Shown here: positions 23,736 to 37,702 of the stretch, one piece after another
How positions within the stretch are numbered: position 1 is the first letter of the stretch
Layout of the letters: each line of letters starts with the position of its first letter
Source: an uncultured Acidobacteriota bacterium
Lineage (GTDB): Bacteria; Acidobacteriota; Blastocatellia; RBC074
DNA length: 64,000 nucleotides
Direction of reading: 5' to 3'
Assembly (NCBI GenBank): GCA_963796275.1
Contig: CAWCKY010000007.1
Location: 288,001 to 352,000 of the forward strand
Translations under genes and position numbers: made by a program
Notes under the pieces: model-generated
Database searches by the model: none
Told to the model about the DNA's origin: nothing
The model's input: only the letters and a program-made list of their open reading frames with translations

Positions 23736-23800
23736 TTTTCAGTTTTCAGTGATAGTACGTCTCAACTTAAAACTTAAAACTGTCCTGCTGGTGCACGATT

Positions 23801-25201
23801 ATGTTGAAACGATATTTGACGCTTTTATCGATCCTTCTGTTGGCGATCTTTATCCATGCCCCGCTAATCGCTCAAAGCGATGGGCTCAAGCTACCGCCGT
23901 ACAAGAAGTTGAAACTGAAGAACGGTATGACAATTTTGCTCTTGGAGCAACATGAGGTTCCGCTCGTCAGTTTCAGTTTTATCGTCAAAGCGGGATCGGT
24001 GGCTGATCCCGCGGGCAAAGAGGGATTGGCGGCTACGACGGCGGGCCTGCTGAGGAAAGGCGCCAAGGGGCGCACGGCGGACCAGATTTCAGCCGAATTG
24101 GATTTTATCGGCGGACAGCTCGTCTCGAGTGCTGGGGTTGACTATACGATCGGCAGAGCGGAGTTCGTCAAAAAAGACATCGATAAAGGATTAGACCTGC
24201 TGGCCGATGTCATGCTCAATCCGACCTTTCCTGAGGATGAAGTAACAAAGTTAATCAAGCAGAGCGTCGATGGGATCATCTCCGCCAAAGACCAGGCGGA
24301 CGAGGTTATCGGCGTTTATTTCAACGCCTATCTTTACGGTAAGCACCCGTACGGTCGTCCGGCGAGCGGCGACGAGAAATCGCTCGCCTCGATCACCCGC
24401 GACGATGTACTCAAGTATTACCAAACCTATTACACGCCATCGAACGTAATTCTGGCGGCGGCCGGCGATTTCGATTCGGCTGAGATGGAGCGGCGGTTAA
24501 CGGAGAAGTTCGGCTCATGGCCCTCAAAAACAGCGCCGGCGGTAAACCTGCCCGAGGCCTCGCCACAGTCGGGTAAACGCCTGCTTCTGGTCGATAAACC
24601 TGATTCGACGCAGACTTACTATCAGATCGGAAATCTCGGAATCGCGCGCAATAACCCGGACCGCGTCTATATCAATGTATTGAATACTCTGTTCGGGGGC
24701 CGCTTCACTTCAATGCTAAATGACGCCTTACGCGTGAGTTCGGGTTTGACCTATGGCGCGAGGTCATCTTTCGATCAACGCAAATCGCGCGGATCTTTTG
24801 TCATCTCGACATTCACGAGCAATGAGAACACGGAAAAAGCGGTCGATATGACGCTCGCCATTCTCAAGCGACTGCACGAGAAGGGGATCACGGAAGCGGA
24901 TTTGAAATCGGCTAAGAACTATATCAAGGGCCAGTTTCCGCCACAGATCGAGACCAATGATCAACTGGCCGGGCTCATCGCCCAGCTTGAGTTCTTCGGG
25001 TTGGATGAGCGAGACATCAACGAATACTATGCGAAGATTGACGCGATGACGTTGGCCGATGCACAGCGAGTGATAAAGCAATATTTTCCGCTCGAGAATC
25101 TGGTTTTCGTCCTGATCGGAAAATCGGGGGAGATCGAGAGCATCGCCAAGAAATACGCGCCGAAAATCGATAACAGGTCAATCAGCCAGCCGGGCTTTTA
25201 A
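23801..25201 (+). CDS. M16 peptidase, non-catalytic partner subunit
   Basis: M16 fold (LKNGMT..., GGRFTSML..LR...GLTYG) without HxxEH. Adjacent to the catalytic subunit. Confidence 0.88.
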   Translation: MLKRYLTLLSILLLAIFIHAPLIAQSDGLKLPPYKKLKLKNGMTILLLEQHEVPLVSFSFIVKAGSVADPAGKEGLAATTAGLLRKGAKGRTADQISAELDFIGGQLVSSAGVDYTIGRAEFVKKDIDKGLDLLADVMLNPTFPEDEVTKLIKQSVDGIISAKDQADEVIGVYFNAYLYGKHPYGRPASGDEKSLASITRDDVLKYYQTYYTPSNVILAAAGDFDSAEMERRLTEKFGSWPSKTAPAVNLPEASPQSGKRLLLVDKPDSTQTYYQIGNLGIARNNPDRVYINVLNTLFGGRFTSMLNDALRVSSGLTYGARSSFDQRKSRGSFVISTFTSNENTEKAVDMTLAILKRLHEKGITEADLKSAKNYIKGQFPPQIETNDQLAGLIAQLEFFGLDERDINEYYAKIDAMTLADAQRVIKQYFPLENLVFVLIGKSGEIESIAKKYAPKIDNRSISQPGF

Positions 25202-25329
25202 GCAGGATGCGATGTCCGCATCACGAGGGGGACAATCACGGGGGTATACAGGGTATTCTCATCAAGCGCCCTTTGATCCTGAAAATCCTGCAAAGTCCTG
25301 ATATTCCTGTCTATTTTCGAGGAGATGAT

Positions 25330-28713
<3,384 letters not shown>

Positions 28714-28731
28714 GAACAGATTTCCGGAGTT

Positions 28732-28763
28732 ACTGCTCAGATCGATTCCTCGGTCTGAGCAGT
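28732..28763. repeat. Short palindrome with ACTGCTCAG...CTGAGCAGT termini
   Basis: actgctcaga-N12-tctgagcagt, with the same terminal motif as the elements at 18208 and 58531. Confidence 0.6.
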
Positions 28764-28862
28764 TAAAACTCGAAACCCTGAATTTTTAGCCTGTTGTTGG
28801 AACCAGACGCCTGACCGCGAACTGGAACTGTAACTGGAAACATTTTGTGGGAGATCTTCACA

Positions 28863-31800
28863 ATGAAACGCGCGATCATCGCAATCTTTCTTTCATTAAC
28901 ATTCGGATCCATCTGTTTAGCGCAGGACAATCTCTTGTTATTTCAACATCCGACACTGAGCAAAACGCACATCGCATTCAGTTTTGCCGGTGATCTCTGG
29001 ATTGTTGCGCGCGAAGGTGGAGTGGCCACTCAACTGACGACCGGTATCGGTGATGAGCTTGCGCCAATCTTTTCGCCGGATGGCATGACGATAGCATTCA
29101 CCGGCCAGTATGACGGCAATTACGATATCTTCATCGTTCCTGCGACCGGCGGTGTGCCGAAGCGGTTGACCTTTCATCCCGGGTCTGATGTCGCGGTCTC
29201 CTGGATGCCCGATGGAAAGAGCATCCTCTTCCGTTCTGCGCGACGGAGTTATTCACGATTCCAGCGTTTCTTCACAATCCCGGCGGATGGCGGGTTTGAG
29301 GTCGAGGTACCCTTGCCGATGGCTCATGATGGGGTCTATTCACCCGACGGCTCGCATCTTGCCTACATGCCGATCGCCCCGGCTTTCGCACAATGGAAGA
29401 ATTATCGGGGCGGGAGGACGACAAAAATCTGGATGGCTAATTTGGCCAATTCGAGCATTGTAGAAATACCCCGACAGAATTCGAACGACTACAATCCGAT
29501 GTGGATCGGGAATAAGGTCTACTTCCTATCCGATCGGAACGGCAGTATCACGCTCTTCGCGTACGACACGAATACGAAGCGAGTTACACAACTCATCAAA
29601 AATGACAGTCTCGATATTAAATCAGCCGCCGCCGGTCCGGATGCGATCGTTTATGAGCAATTCGGTGAGATCAATCTCTACGATTTGAAGTCTGGCAAGA
29701 CGAGCAAGGTCAACATAACGGTTAACGGCGATCTCGCGAGCGTGCGTCCGCGCTACGAGAAGGCGGGGGCGCGCATCAGCAACATCGCATTATCTCCGAC
29801 GGGTGCACGCGCCATATTTGAGGCTCGCGGTGAGATCCTTTCGGTACCGGCAGAGAAGGGAAATGCGCGTAATCTGACCAATTCGCCCGGCGTGGCTGAC
29901 CGTGATCCGGCGTGGTCGCCGAACGGCAGGTCGATCGCCTACTTCTCCGACGAATCGGGCGAATACGCGCTGCATATTCGTGATCAGAGCGGAATGGGCG
30001 AAGTGAAGAAGATCGGCCTCGGCGATCCGCCGTCATATTTCTATTCGCCGCTCTGGTCGCCTGACAGCAAGAAGATCGCTTACACCGACAAGCGATTGAA
30101 TCTCTGGTATGTCGACATCGAGAAGGGCACGCCTGTCAAAGTCGATACGAACACATACGAAAACCCGTGGCGCGTGATGGATCCGAACTGGTCGCCCGAT
30201 AACAAATGGATCACATACACAAAACAATTGAATAACCGGATGTGCGCAGTCTTCGTCTACTCGCTCGAAACCGGTAAAAGCACGCAGGTGACAGATGGCA
30301 TGAGCGATGCCCGTTTCGCCAACTTCGACAAGAACGGCAAATACCTCTATTTCACAGCCAGCACCAATGCCGGCCCGACGACGGGATGGTTGGATATGTC
30401 GAGTTTTCCGCATCAGCCGACCCGCAGCGTCTACCTCATCGTTTTGAAGAAAGGCGAGCCTTCACCGCTTGCGCCGGAAAGCGATGAGGAGAAGGTCGCG
30501 GATGAGAAGAAAGACGAGAAGAAGGACGAAGCTCAAAAAGATCAGACAAAACCTGACGCAAAGAAGGGTGATGTAACTGTCACAATCGATTTTGCTGGCA
30601 TTTCTCAGCGCATCCTGGCGCTCCCCATACCATCGCGCGACTATGTTGGCATGGGCGTGGGAAAAACTGGCATTATCTTCATTGCCGAGACAACTCCGGC
30701 GCCTGCGGTCTTAGGAACGGGGGGCGTGACAATCCACAAATTCGAGCTGGCGAAGAGGAAGATCGATAAAGTTCTCGACGGTGTGACTGCATTCACAATT
30801 TCAAACAACGGCGAGAAGATGCTCTTCGCCCAAGGCGCCGGCCCAGCTCGGCGCTTCACCATCGCGCCGGCCATGACGCCTATGAAGCCGGGCGAGGGCG
30901 CACTCAAGATCGGGGAGATGGAGGTTTATGTCGATCCGAAAGCCGAATGGCGACAGATGTATAACGAGGTATGGCGCATTCAACGCGACTTCTTTTATGA
31001 CCCGGCGCTGCACGGCCTGAACTACGAGGGTACAAAGAAGAAGTATGAGGGATATCTGGAAAAGATTGCGCACCGCGAAGATTTGAACTATCTCTTCCGC
31101 GAGATGCTCGGCAATATGTCGGTCGGGCATCACAATAGTCTCGGCGGTGACGCCCCGCAACCCAACCAGGTGCAAGGCGGGCTGCTCGGCTGCGATTTCA
31201 AAGTCGAAAACGGCCGCTATCGCTTCGCCAAGATTTTCAACGGCGAGAATTGGAATCCGAATCTGCGCGCCCCGCTCACGCAACCCGGCGTCGATGTGAA
31301 TGTCGACGATTACCTCATCGCCGTCAACGGGCGCGAGGTGCGCTCGACGGATAATGTCTACGCTTTCTTTGAGAGCAAGGCCGGCAAGCAGGTCGTGATA
31401 AAAGTCAGCGCGAATCCGGACGGGTCGAGTGCGCGCGAATATACGGTCGTCCCGGTTGCGAACGAGACGGCGCTCCGCAATCTCGAGTGGATCGAGAGTA
31501 ACCGCCGCAAGGTCGATCAACTGAGCGGAGGCAAACTCGCTTATGTCTATCTGCCAGATACAGCCGGTGGCGGCTACACCAATTTCAACCGCTATTACTT
31601 TTCGCAGATCGACAAAGAGGGAGCGGTGATCGACGAACGCTTCAACGGCGGAGGGACGGCGGCGGATTACATCATTGACTACATGAATCGACCGTTGATG
31701 AACCGGTGGGCGACGCGCGAGGGCGAGGACTTCTCGACGCCATCAGCCTCGATCTATGGCCCGAAGGCGATGATCGTCAATGAATACGCGGGTAGCGGCG

Positions 31801-32213
31801 GTGATCTCATGCCCTGGCTTTTCCGAAAGGCGGGGATCGGTCCTCTGATCGGCAAGCGAACGTGGGGCGGACTGGTCGGTATTTACGATTACCCGGAATT
31901 AATTGATGGCGGCTTCGTCACTGCGCCGCGTGTGGCCTTTTACAACCTGCAGGGCGAGTGGGAAGTGGAGAATTTCGGCACGCCGCCCGATTTCGAAGTC
32001 GATTTCGATCCGGCCGAGTGGCGAAAAGGACGCGATCCGCAGCTCGAGAAAGCGGTCGAAGTGGTCATGGCTGATTTGAAGAAGAAGCCTGCGCCGAAGT
32101 TCAAGAAACCCGCATATCCGAATTACAATAATGGGCGCGGGCCCGCGGTCGTTTCAGGCAACGGGTCAGGCAACGGTACGAGTCGCGCCTCAAAAGGTAG
32201 CGCTCAGAAATAG
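28863..32213 (+). CDS. Tricorn protease homolog (S41), copy 2
   Basis: Tandem paralog of copy 1 with the same architecture: DERFNGGG, GSGGD and RTWGG. Confidence 0.92.
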   Translation: MKRAIIAIFLSLTFGSICLAQDNLLLFQHPTLSKTHIAFSFAGDLWIVAREGGVATQLTTGIGDELAPIFSPDGMTIAFTGQYDGNYDIFIVPATGGVPKRLTFHPGSDVAVSWMPDGKSILFRSARRSYSRFQRFFTIPADGGFEVEVPLPMAHDGVYSPDGSHLAYMPIAPAFAQWKNYRGGRTTKIWMANLANSSIVEIPRQNSNDYNPMWIGNKVYFLSDRNGSITLFAYDTNTKRVTQLIKNDSLDIKSAAAGPDAIVYEQFGEINLYDLKSGKTSKVNITVNGDLASVRPRYEKAGARISNIALSPTGARAIFEARGEILSVPAEKGNARNLTNSPGVADRDPAWSPNGRSIAYFSDESGEYALHIRDQSGMGEVKKIGLGDPPSYFYSPLWSPDSKKIAYTDKRLNLWYVDIEKGTPVKVDTNTYENPWRVMDPNWSPDNKWITYTKQLNNRMCAVFVYSLETGKSTQVTDGMSDARFANFDKNGKYLYFTASTNAGPTTGWLDMSSFPHQPTRSVYLIVLKKGEPSPLAPESDEEKVADEKKDEKKDEAQKDQTKPDAKKGDVTVTIDFAGISQRILALPIPSRDYVGMGVGKTGIIFIAETTPAPAVLGTGGVTIHKFELAKRKIDKVLDGVTAFTISNNGEKMLFAQGAGPARRFTIAPAMTPMKPGEGALKIGEMEVYVDPKAEWRQMYNEVWRIQRDFFYDPALHGLNYEGTKKKYEGYLEKIAHREDLNYLFREMLGNMSVGHHNSLGGDAPQPNQVQGGLLGCDFKVENGRYRFAKIFNGENWNPNLRAPLTQPGVDVNVDDYLIAVNGREVRSTDNVYAFFESKAGKQVVIKVSANPDGSSAREYTVVPVANETALRNLEWIESNRRKVDQLSGGKLAYVYLPDTAGGGYTNFNRYYFSQIDKEGAVIDERFNGGGTAADYIIDYMNRPLMNRWATREGEDFSTPSASIYGPKAMIVNEYAGSGGDLMPWLFRKAGIGPLIGKRTWGGLVGIYDYPELIDGGFVTAPRVAFYNLQGEWEVENFGTPPDFEVDFDPAEWRKGRDPQLEKAVEVVMADLKKKPAPKFKKPAYPNYNNGRGPAVVSGNGSGNGTSRASKGSAQK

Positions 32214-32223
32214 AACGTCGGGG

Positions 32224-32260
32224 GCCTGATGTGATTTCAGGTAATGAAATCACATCAGGC
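32224..32260. terminator. 16-bp perfect stem-loop after tricorn 2, between convergent genes
   Basis: GCCTGATGTGATTTCA-ggtaa-TGAAATCACATCAGGC, 10 nt after the stop codon. There is no clear U-tract, so it may be a stabilizing hairpin instead. Confidence 0.5.
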
Positions 32261-32413
32261 AATCGCGCCCCCCGGAGCCGTTCGGAATCCACAGCCCTGT
32301 TTTAATGAGTGCCAGCGAATTTGACTCCCAATAGCAGGCGACCGTGCCACTGAAGCGCTCCTCAATCCTCAAGCCTGCATTTCATAAGAAAAACGCATTA
32401 ATCAGCACAGTCA

Positions 32414-32953
32414 TCATTTACTTTTACTTTGGTTGATTACTGCATATTCCAACAACACGATTCCTGATTTGTTGAATACTTTATGACCGGTCAATCTCAG
32501 TCCCAACGCTTCCTTTGCACCAGAAGCCGGAAGCAGAGGAATTCCATTACCAAGTAGCACTGGAATGACGGCGATTTCGACGGTATCAACATGCCCGGCA
32601 TCAAGGAGACTGCGGAAGAGCGATCCACCGCCGAATAGCCAGATATCCTTACCAGATTCTTCTTTTATGGCAGTTACCCTCTCCTCCGACTTCTCAGAAA
32701 TGATGTTCACGTCTGGATAATCGATCTCTCGCAATGAGTGGGAAAATACGAAGGTTCTCATACCCGGCATGCCCGCATTCCCGTCGTGTTTCATCGCTTC
32801 GAAAGTTCGTCGTCCCATCAGAAGCGTGTCGAACTGTGCGAAGATCGCGCGAAAGTCGATCTCCGGATCCGTGATGATCCAATTGGTCTCGCCTTTTGGC
32901 CCTGCAATGTAACCGTCGAGACTGGCAGCAACTTGATAACGAATGCGTCTCAT
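32414..32953 (-). CDS. Dihydrofolate reductase-family (RibD C-terminal-like) protein
   Basis: AASLDGYIA, LLMGRRTF, KDIWLFGGGSL and PVLLGNGIPL. Confidence 0.88.
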   Translation of the reverse strand: MRRIRYQVAASLDGYIAGPKGETNWIITDPEIDFRAIFAQFDTLLMGRRTFEAMKHDGNAGMPGMRTFVFSHSLREIDYPDVNIISEKSEERVTAIKEESGKDIWLFGGGSLFRSLLDAGHVDTVEIAVIPVLLGNGIPLLPASGAKEALGLRLTGHKVFNKSGIVLLEYAVINQSKSK

Positions 32954-33145
32954 AGCTTATATCTCCTGATTTTGGCAACCTTATTCATCAGCGCGCTTAG
33001 TTTTTACATATAGTAGGAGCGAAGTATAATTTCACAGAAATTTCTGCGCAATTATTTTCTACTCACGGAGGGCTTACACACGCATGACATGCGGCTTGAC
33101 TTCCGATGCGACTTGAAATTTTATGGAATAAGCATGGAAGCAGGC

Positions 33146-34321
33146 ATGAAGAAACTACTGGTCTATTCTCACGACACTTATGGCATAGGCAATATACGGC
33201 GGATGTTGGCGATTTGCCAGCATTTGCTCGAAGTGATTCCGGACCTCTCGATTCTGCTTATCACCGGCTCACCGGTCATTCACCGATTATCGCTGCCTGA
33301 AACTCTGGATTACATCAAGCTACCGGGATTGAACCGCATCGGGCGCGGGGAATACACCACCAAATATCTGAGCGCCAACGTCGCCGATGCGATTCGTCTT
33401 CGCTCCGATTTGATCCTGGCGGCAGTCGCCAATTTCAAGCCCGACCTGTTGATGGTCGATAAGAAGCCTCTGGGAGTGAAGGGCGAACTCGCTGCTACTC
33501 TCTGTTATCTGGAAGCGGAACTGCCCGAAACCAGGCAGGTCCTGATTTTGCGAGACATACTCGATAGTCCGGAAGCGATCATCAGCAATTGGGAGCGAAA
33601 CGGGCATTACGAAGCGATAGGACGCTTTTACGACCTGGTGCTGGTACTGGGCGAGAAGGCGATCTTCGATCCCGTGGTGGAATATCGCTTTCCTCGTCCG
33701 GTTGTCGACAAAACCATCTTCTGCGGTTACGTGCGGAAAGAGGTGGAGATGCAGAGCCGGGAAGAGATTCGCAAATCGATTTGTGCAAACGGGCGGCGGA
33801 GGTTGGTTTTGGTCACTGCCGGAGGCGGACAGGATGGCTATCATGTAATCGAGAATTATCTGAAAGGTATTCGGAAAGCCCCGGTCGATGGGGTACAAAG
33901 CCTGGTGGTTTGCGGTCCCGAGATGCCTCAACGACAGAGAGGCAATTTGCAGGAGCAGGCCGATGGAGATCCGCATGTGCAGTTTTACACCTTCACCGGA
34001 GAGATGGAGAGTCTGATAGCGGCTGCGGACGTCGTCATCGCAATGGCCGGGTATAACACGGTTTGCGAGATCCTTTCGCTCAACAAGCGTGCGATCGTGA
34101 TTCCCCGCGTCAGGCCGACCGAAGAGCAGTGGATACGCGCCGAAAAAATGGCGCGCCTCGGTTTATTCAAAGCTATCCACCCGGACGAGTTGACGCCCGA
34201 GCGATTGATGAGTTGTTTACATGATTCTCTCACTACGGATGGTGACGTTGCTCCAAACATCAATCTCAACGCGCTGCCGGTGGTTGCCGAACGAGTCAAA
34301 GCGCTTCTTGGTCTTTCATGA
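33146..34321 (+). CDS. GT-B glycosyltransferase (COG4671-like, GT28 C-terminal-like)
   Basis: YSHDTYGIGNIRR, LRDILD, VTAGGGQDG, MAGYNT and EQWIRA. Confidence 0.85.
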   Translation: MKKLLVYSHDTYGIGNIRRMLAICQHLLEVIPDLSILLITGSPVIHRLSLPETLDYIKLPGLNRIGRGEYTTKYLSANVADAIRLRSDLILAAVANFKPDLLMVDKKPLGVKGELAATLCYLEAELPETRQVLILRDILDSPEAIISNWERNGHYEAIGRFYDLVLVLGEKAIFDPVVEYRFPRPVVDKTIFCGYVRKEVEMQSREEIRKSICANGRRRLVLVTAGGGQDGYHVIENYLKGIRKAPVDGVQSLVVCGPEMPQRQRGNLQEQADGDPHVQFYTFTGEMESLIAAADVVIAMAGYNTVCEILSLNKRAIVIPRVRPTEEQWIRAEKMARLGLFKAIHPDELTPERLMSCLHDSLTTDGDVAPNINLNALPVVAERVKALLGLS

Positions 34322-35655
34322 AATCACATGCCCCTGAAATCGGATATATCCTGAAAGGTTATCCCCGTACATCCGAAACCTTCATCACCAACGAAATATT
34401 GCTCCTGGAGAATGAGGGGTTGAATCTGTCCATCTTCTCGCTCAAGAAGTTGGAAGGACAGAAGCTTCACGGAGTCGTCGGCAGGATCAATGCGCATGTC
34501 ACCTATTTGCCGGAAACCACGCCATCTGAAGAGCACAGCGCTGCCGTCTGGTTATGGAATAATGTGCCGAACTTTGCCGCGAGCCACTGGAAACTGTTCC
34601 TGTTGAAGCCGGCGGTTTATCTGCAAACGTTGATCGGTGTGATAGTCATGAGCTTGCGTTACCGCCCGGGCGCGTTCGCTGCACCCAACCGGACATTCAT
34701 CAAAGAATTCCTGCAGGCCGGGTTCATCGCATTGAAAGTCAAGGAGTCGGGTCGGATCCGCCATCTGCACGCTCACTTCTGCCACACCGCGACCACGGTG
34801 GCGATGCTGGCCGGCCGAATGTCTGGTGTTCCATTCAGTTTCACGGCGCACGCGAAAGACATCTATCGTCGCGATATGAATCCCGGCGAACTCTTGCAGC
34901 TGAAGATGCGTTGCGCTCGATTTATCGTGACGTGCACTAAAACCAACCGGGACTACCTGAAACCTTTTTCTACACAAGAGAAGCCTGTTCATACCATCTA
35001 TCACGGCCTCGATCTATCGCTGTTCGTTCCTTCCAGCGAGCGAGCGCAGAGCGATAAACGTGGAGATGTGCCGTTGATCCTTGCGGCCGGCCGCATGGTG
35101 GAGAAGAAAGGCTTCACCTATCTTGTGGAAGCATGCCGCCGCCTTAGAGATCAAGGTTATGAATTCAACTGCCTCATCATCGGTGGCGGAGACCCTCAAC
35201 ACACGGAAGCGATCAGCAGTTTGATAGCCAGCTTGAATCTGGAGCAGATTGTGACTCTGCAGCCGGCGGTCACGCAGGAAGAATTGAGGCGAGTTTACGA
35301 GCAGGCGACTCTTTTCACGTTGCCCTGCCAGATCACCGAGAGCGGCGACCGCGACGGCATACCTAATGTATTGGTCGAAGCGATGGCGATGGAACTTCCG
35401 GTCATTTCAACCGGCATTTCGGGCATACCCGAATTAATTGAAAATCGCGCGAACGGATTGCTGGTGCCCCAAAAGGACGCCGCCGCTCTTGCGCAAGCCA
35501 TCGGTGAATTATTGAGGGACCCGGGCACACGTCACAAATTCGGTCGGGCAGCACGCATCACGGTATGCCGGAATTTTGACGCGAGGCAAAATATTCTGGC
35601 GCTTAAAGATCTGTTCCAGGCCGCATTGGGTGCCAGGGATACCGCGGAAAAATAA
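34318..35655 (+). CDS. GT4 glycosyltransferase (WcaL-like)
   Basis: YPRTSETFI..E, HLHAHF, FTAHAKDI, EKKG and RDGIPNVLVEAMA. ATGA overlap with the previous gene. Confidence 0.9.
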   Translation: MKSHAPEIGYILKGYPRTSETFITNEILLLENEGLNLSIFSLKKLEGQKLHGVVGRINAHVTYLPETTPSEEHSAAVWLWNNVPNFAASHWKLFLLKPAVYLQTLIGVIVMSLRYRPGAFAAPNRTFIKEFLQAGFIALKVKESGRIRHLHAHFCHTATTVAMLAGRMSGVPFSFTAHAKDIYRRDMNPGELLQLKMRCARFIVTCTKTNRDYLKPFSTQEKPVHTIYHGLDLSLFVPSSERAQSDKRGDVPLILAAGRMVEKKGFTYLVEACRRLRDQGYEFNCLIIGGGDPQHTEAISSLIASLNLEQIVTLQPAVTQEELRRVYEQATLFTLPCQITESGDRDGIPNVLVEAMAMELPVISTGISGIPELIENRANGLLVPQKDAAALAQAIGELLRDPGTRHKFGRAARITVCRNFDARQNILALKDLFQAALGARDTAEK

Positions 35656-35668
35656 GGGGACGACGCAA

Positions 35669-37117
35669 TTGCTTATCCGAGAGATCATTTCTGATGAGAA
35701 GCTTCCGCAAATGGAAACGTTGCTGAACCCGTCTCAAATGCGGGATGTCTTCGAACGGGAATTGACTGCCGCCCGCGGCAATGCCGCGAGCCTCCGAATC
35801 GATGATTGCCGGATAGCATACGCTAAGTACCGCCCGGGTAAGAACCTCCTCGTCGCTTACCGATTGAAGCTCGTCGATCTTGAAACGGGGCAAACGGGGC
35901 AAACGGGACAAACGGGTCATGCGAGGCAAACGGTTCGTACGCGCGAGCAGCTGATTAGTATTTTGGCATGCCCTGAGGAAGAAAGCGGCGAATTGTTCGC
36001 GCGCGCAAAGGAAGCGCCGCTGGCTGATACGGTCTTTGGTTTGGGTGTTTTTCACGTTCAGGCTTTGGAAGCAGTAGGATGGGTGTTTCCGAATGACCGC
36101 AAATTGACAGGATTGCCTGCTCTCATCGATTCGGATGCCCTCAAGAATCGTTTCAACCCCGAGATCGCGGCAAGAATTTTCGGTGATGCGTGGAGCGTGG
36201 TGGGATTGGAGGGTAATACGGTTCATTACGTGCCCGGGCGCGGCTGTACGGTGCGCGTGAAAGTTGATTTGCTCAGCGCGGTCAGCGGCGAATCTCAATC
36301 GTGCGTGCTTTTCGGCAAAACTTATAGTCTTGCTGAAGGCGAATCTGCATGGCGGAAGATGCGATCGTTGTGGAATGGTGATGAAAAGAGAGCGGGGCGG
36401 CTCTTGATTCCAGAACCGCTGGCGTATGATGCCGAAATAAAAACGCTCTGGCGGCGTGGTCTGGAAGGGGAGACGCTATATGAAGTTGACGCGAACGAAG
36501 CGCGCTATTACGAATTATTGGCGAGCGCCGGTTCGGCGGTGGCAGAGTTGCACGGGACGACAATTTCATCGGCGCCCCCGGTAACGGCGAGCGAAATCGT
36601 ATCGAAGCTGGAGATGTCAGCGGACCTGTTGTACAGCATAAGGCCGAGCTGCCGGGATGAGTTGCGCACGCTGATAGAGAAGTTGATCGGCGTTTCAGAA
36701 CGCATCGGAACGGGCTCAATTGCAACGTTACACGGAGACCTTCATTTGAAGAATCTTTTGGTCACTAACGGGCGAATTGCACTGCTCGATCTTGATAATC
36801 TCTCTCTGGGGGATCCCTTGCTGGACCTCGGAAGTTTTGTTGCGTCGCTTCACTATCGCGGGGTGATCGAAGGGAAGCCGCTGAACGTGATTGAATCGGT
36901 TTCCCAGCGGTTTGTTCAAGCTTATCGAGCGCATGCTGCTTGGGAGGTGTCAGAATGGGAACTCGACTGGCATATCGCAGCGGCGTTGATCTACGAGCGC
37001 GCATACCGCTGTGTGACCAGGCTGAAGGTCGATCGGATCGAAGTTCTTGATGAGATAGTCGCTCTCTCTCGGATGTACAGTTTGCGCGTATGGGATAAGG
37101 CGCGATCTTCAAAATAA
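35669..37117 (+). CDS. Aminoglycoside phosphotransferase/choline kinase-like protein
   Basis: HGDLHLKN Brenner motif and DLD. Probable start TTG 35669 after an AAGGGGA RBS. Confidence 0.8.
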   Translation: MLIREIISDEKLPQMETLLNPSQMRDVFERELTAARGNAASLRIDDCRIAYAKYRPGKNLLVAYRLKLVDLETGQTGQTGQTGHARQTVRTREQLISILACPEEESGELFARAKEAPLADTVFGLGVFHVQALEAVGWVFPNDRKLTGLPALIDSDALKNRFNPEIAARIFGDAWSVVGLEGNTVHYVPGRGCTVRVKVDLLSAVSGESQSCVLFGKTYSLAEGESAWRKMRSLWNGDEKRAGRLLIPEPLAYDAEIKTLWRRGLEGETLYEVDANEARYYELLASAGSAVAELHGTTISSAPPVTASEIVSKLEMSADLLYSIRPSCRDELRTLIEKLIGVSERIGTGSIATLHGDLHLKNLLVTNGRIALLDLDNLSLGDPLLDLGSFVASLHYRGVIEGKPLNVIESVSQRFVQAYRAHAAWEVSEWELDWHIAAALIYERAYRCVTRLKVDRIEVLDEIVALSRMYSLRVWDKARSSK

Positions 37118-37171
37118 TGGGCCGCGCCACGTTTGATTGACATTCAGTTTGGTCGTTTATTCCGCGCGTTA

Positions 37172-37498
37172 ATGATCTATGAAAATAGATGCAACCACGT
37201 CATCCAGCGTAGGGGCAGATCTGTGTGTCATTTGTGTCAAGATAAGCCGTCAACTTCGTAACAGCTGGCCACCGAGCGCCAAAGTTACAGGGCTTGGCGA
37301 TTCTTGATGATGTTCCAGGGGCTACGCTTCGCTCCACCCCTGGTTATTTTATTGGCGCCCCTTTGGGGCTTAGGAGCCAGCCTTCTCCCGATCTTGACGC
37401 GCATGACCTGTGTGTCTGCCCCAGGTTCACGGATATGCAGCCCCGCGGCAGGCACAAAGGTCTGCCCCTACGTGGTTGCATCTATTTTCATAGACCAT
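37172..37498. mobile_element. MITE-like element with 29-bp terminal inverted repeats and nested REP-like inserts
   Basis: atgatctatgaaaatagatgcaaccacgt (37172-200) matches acgtggttgcatctattttcatagaccat (37470-98) at 28/29 positions. Inside are gtaggggcaga.../...tctgcccctac and gtcaagat/atcttgac pairs. Confidence 0.7.
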
Positions 37499-37702
37499 CA
37501 ACGCACAGCTAAATTCACGCCGTCGCTACGAGATGAAGAAGGTGTATATATCGTGCAAAGTTGGGCATTGACAGGCCATTGAAACGCCGGACTACATTCA
37601 TAGCGCGGCAATGCGGCGGAGGCGAAAGAGGTAATCTTGTAAAACCGATTGCCTGAAGCTCAAAAATACACGATCGCCGGTGACGCGGCTGGACAGAACG
37701 CA

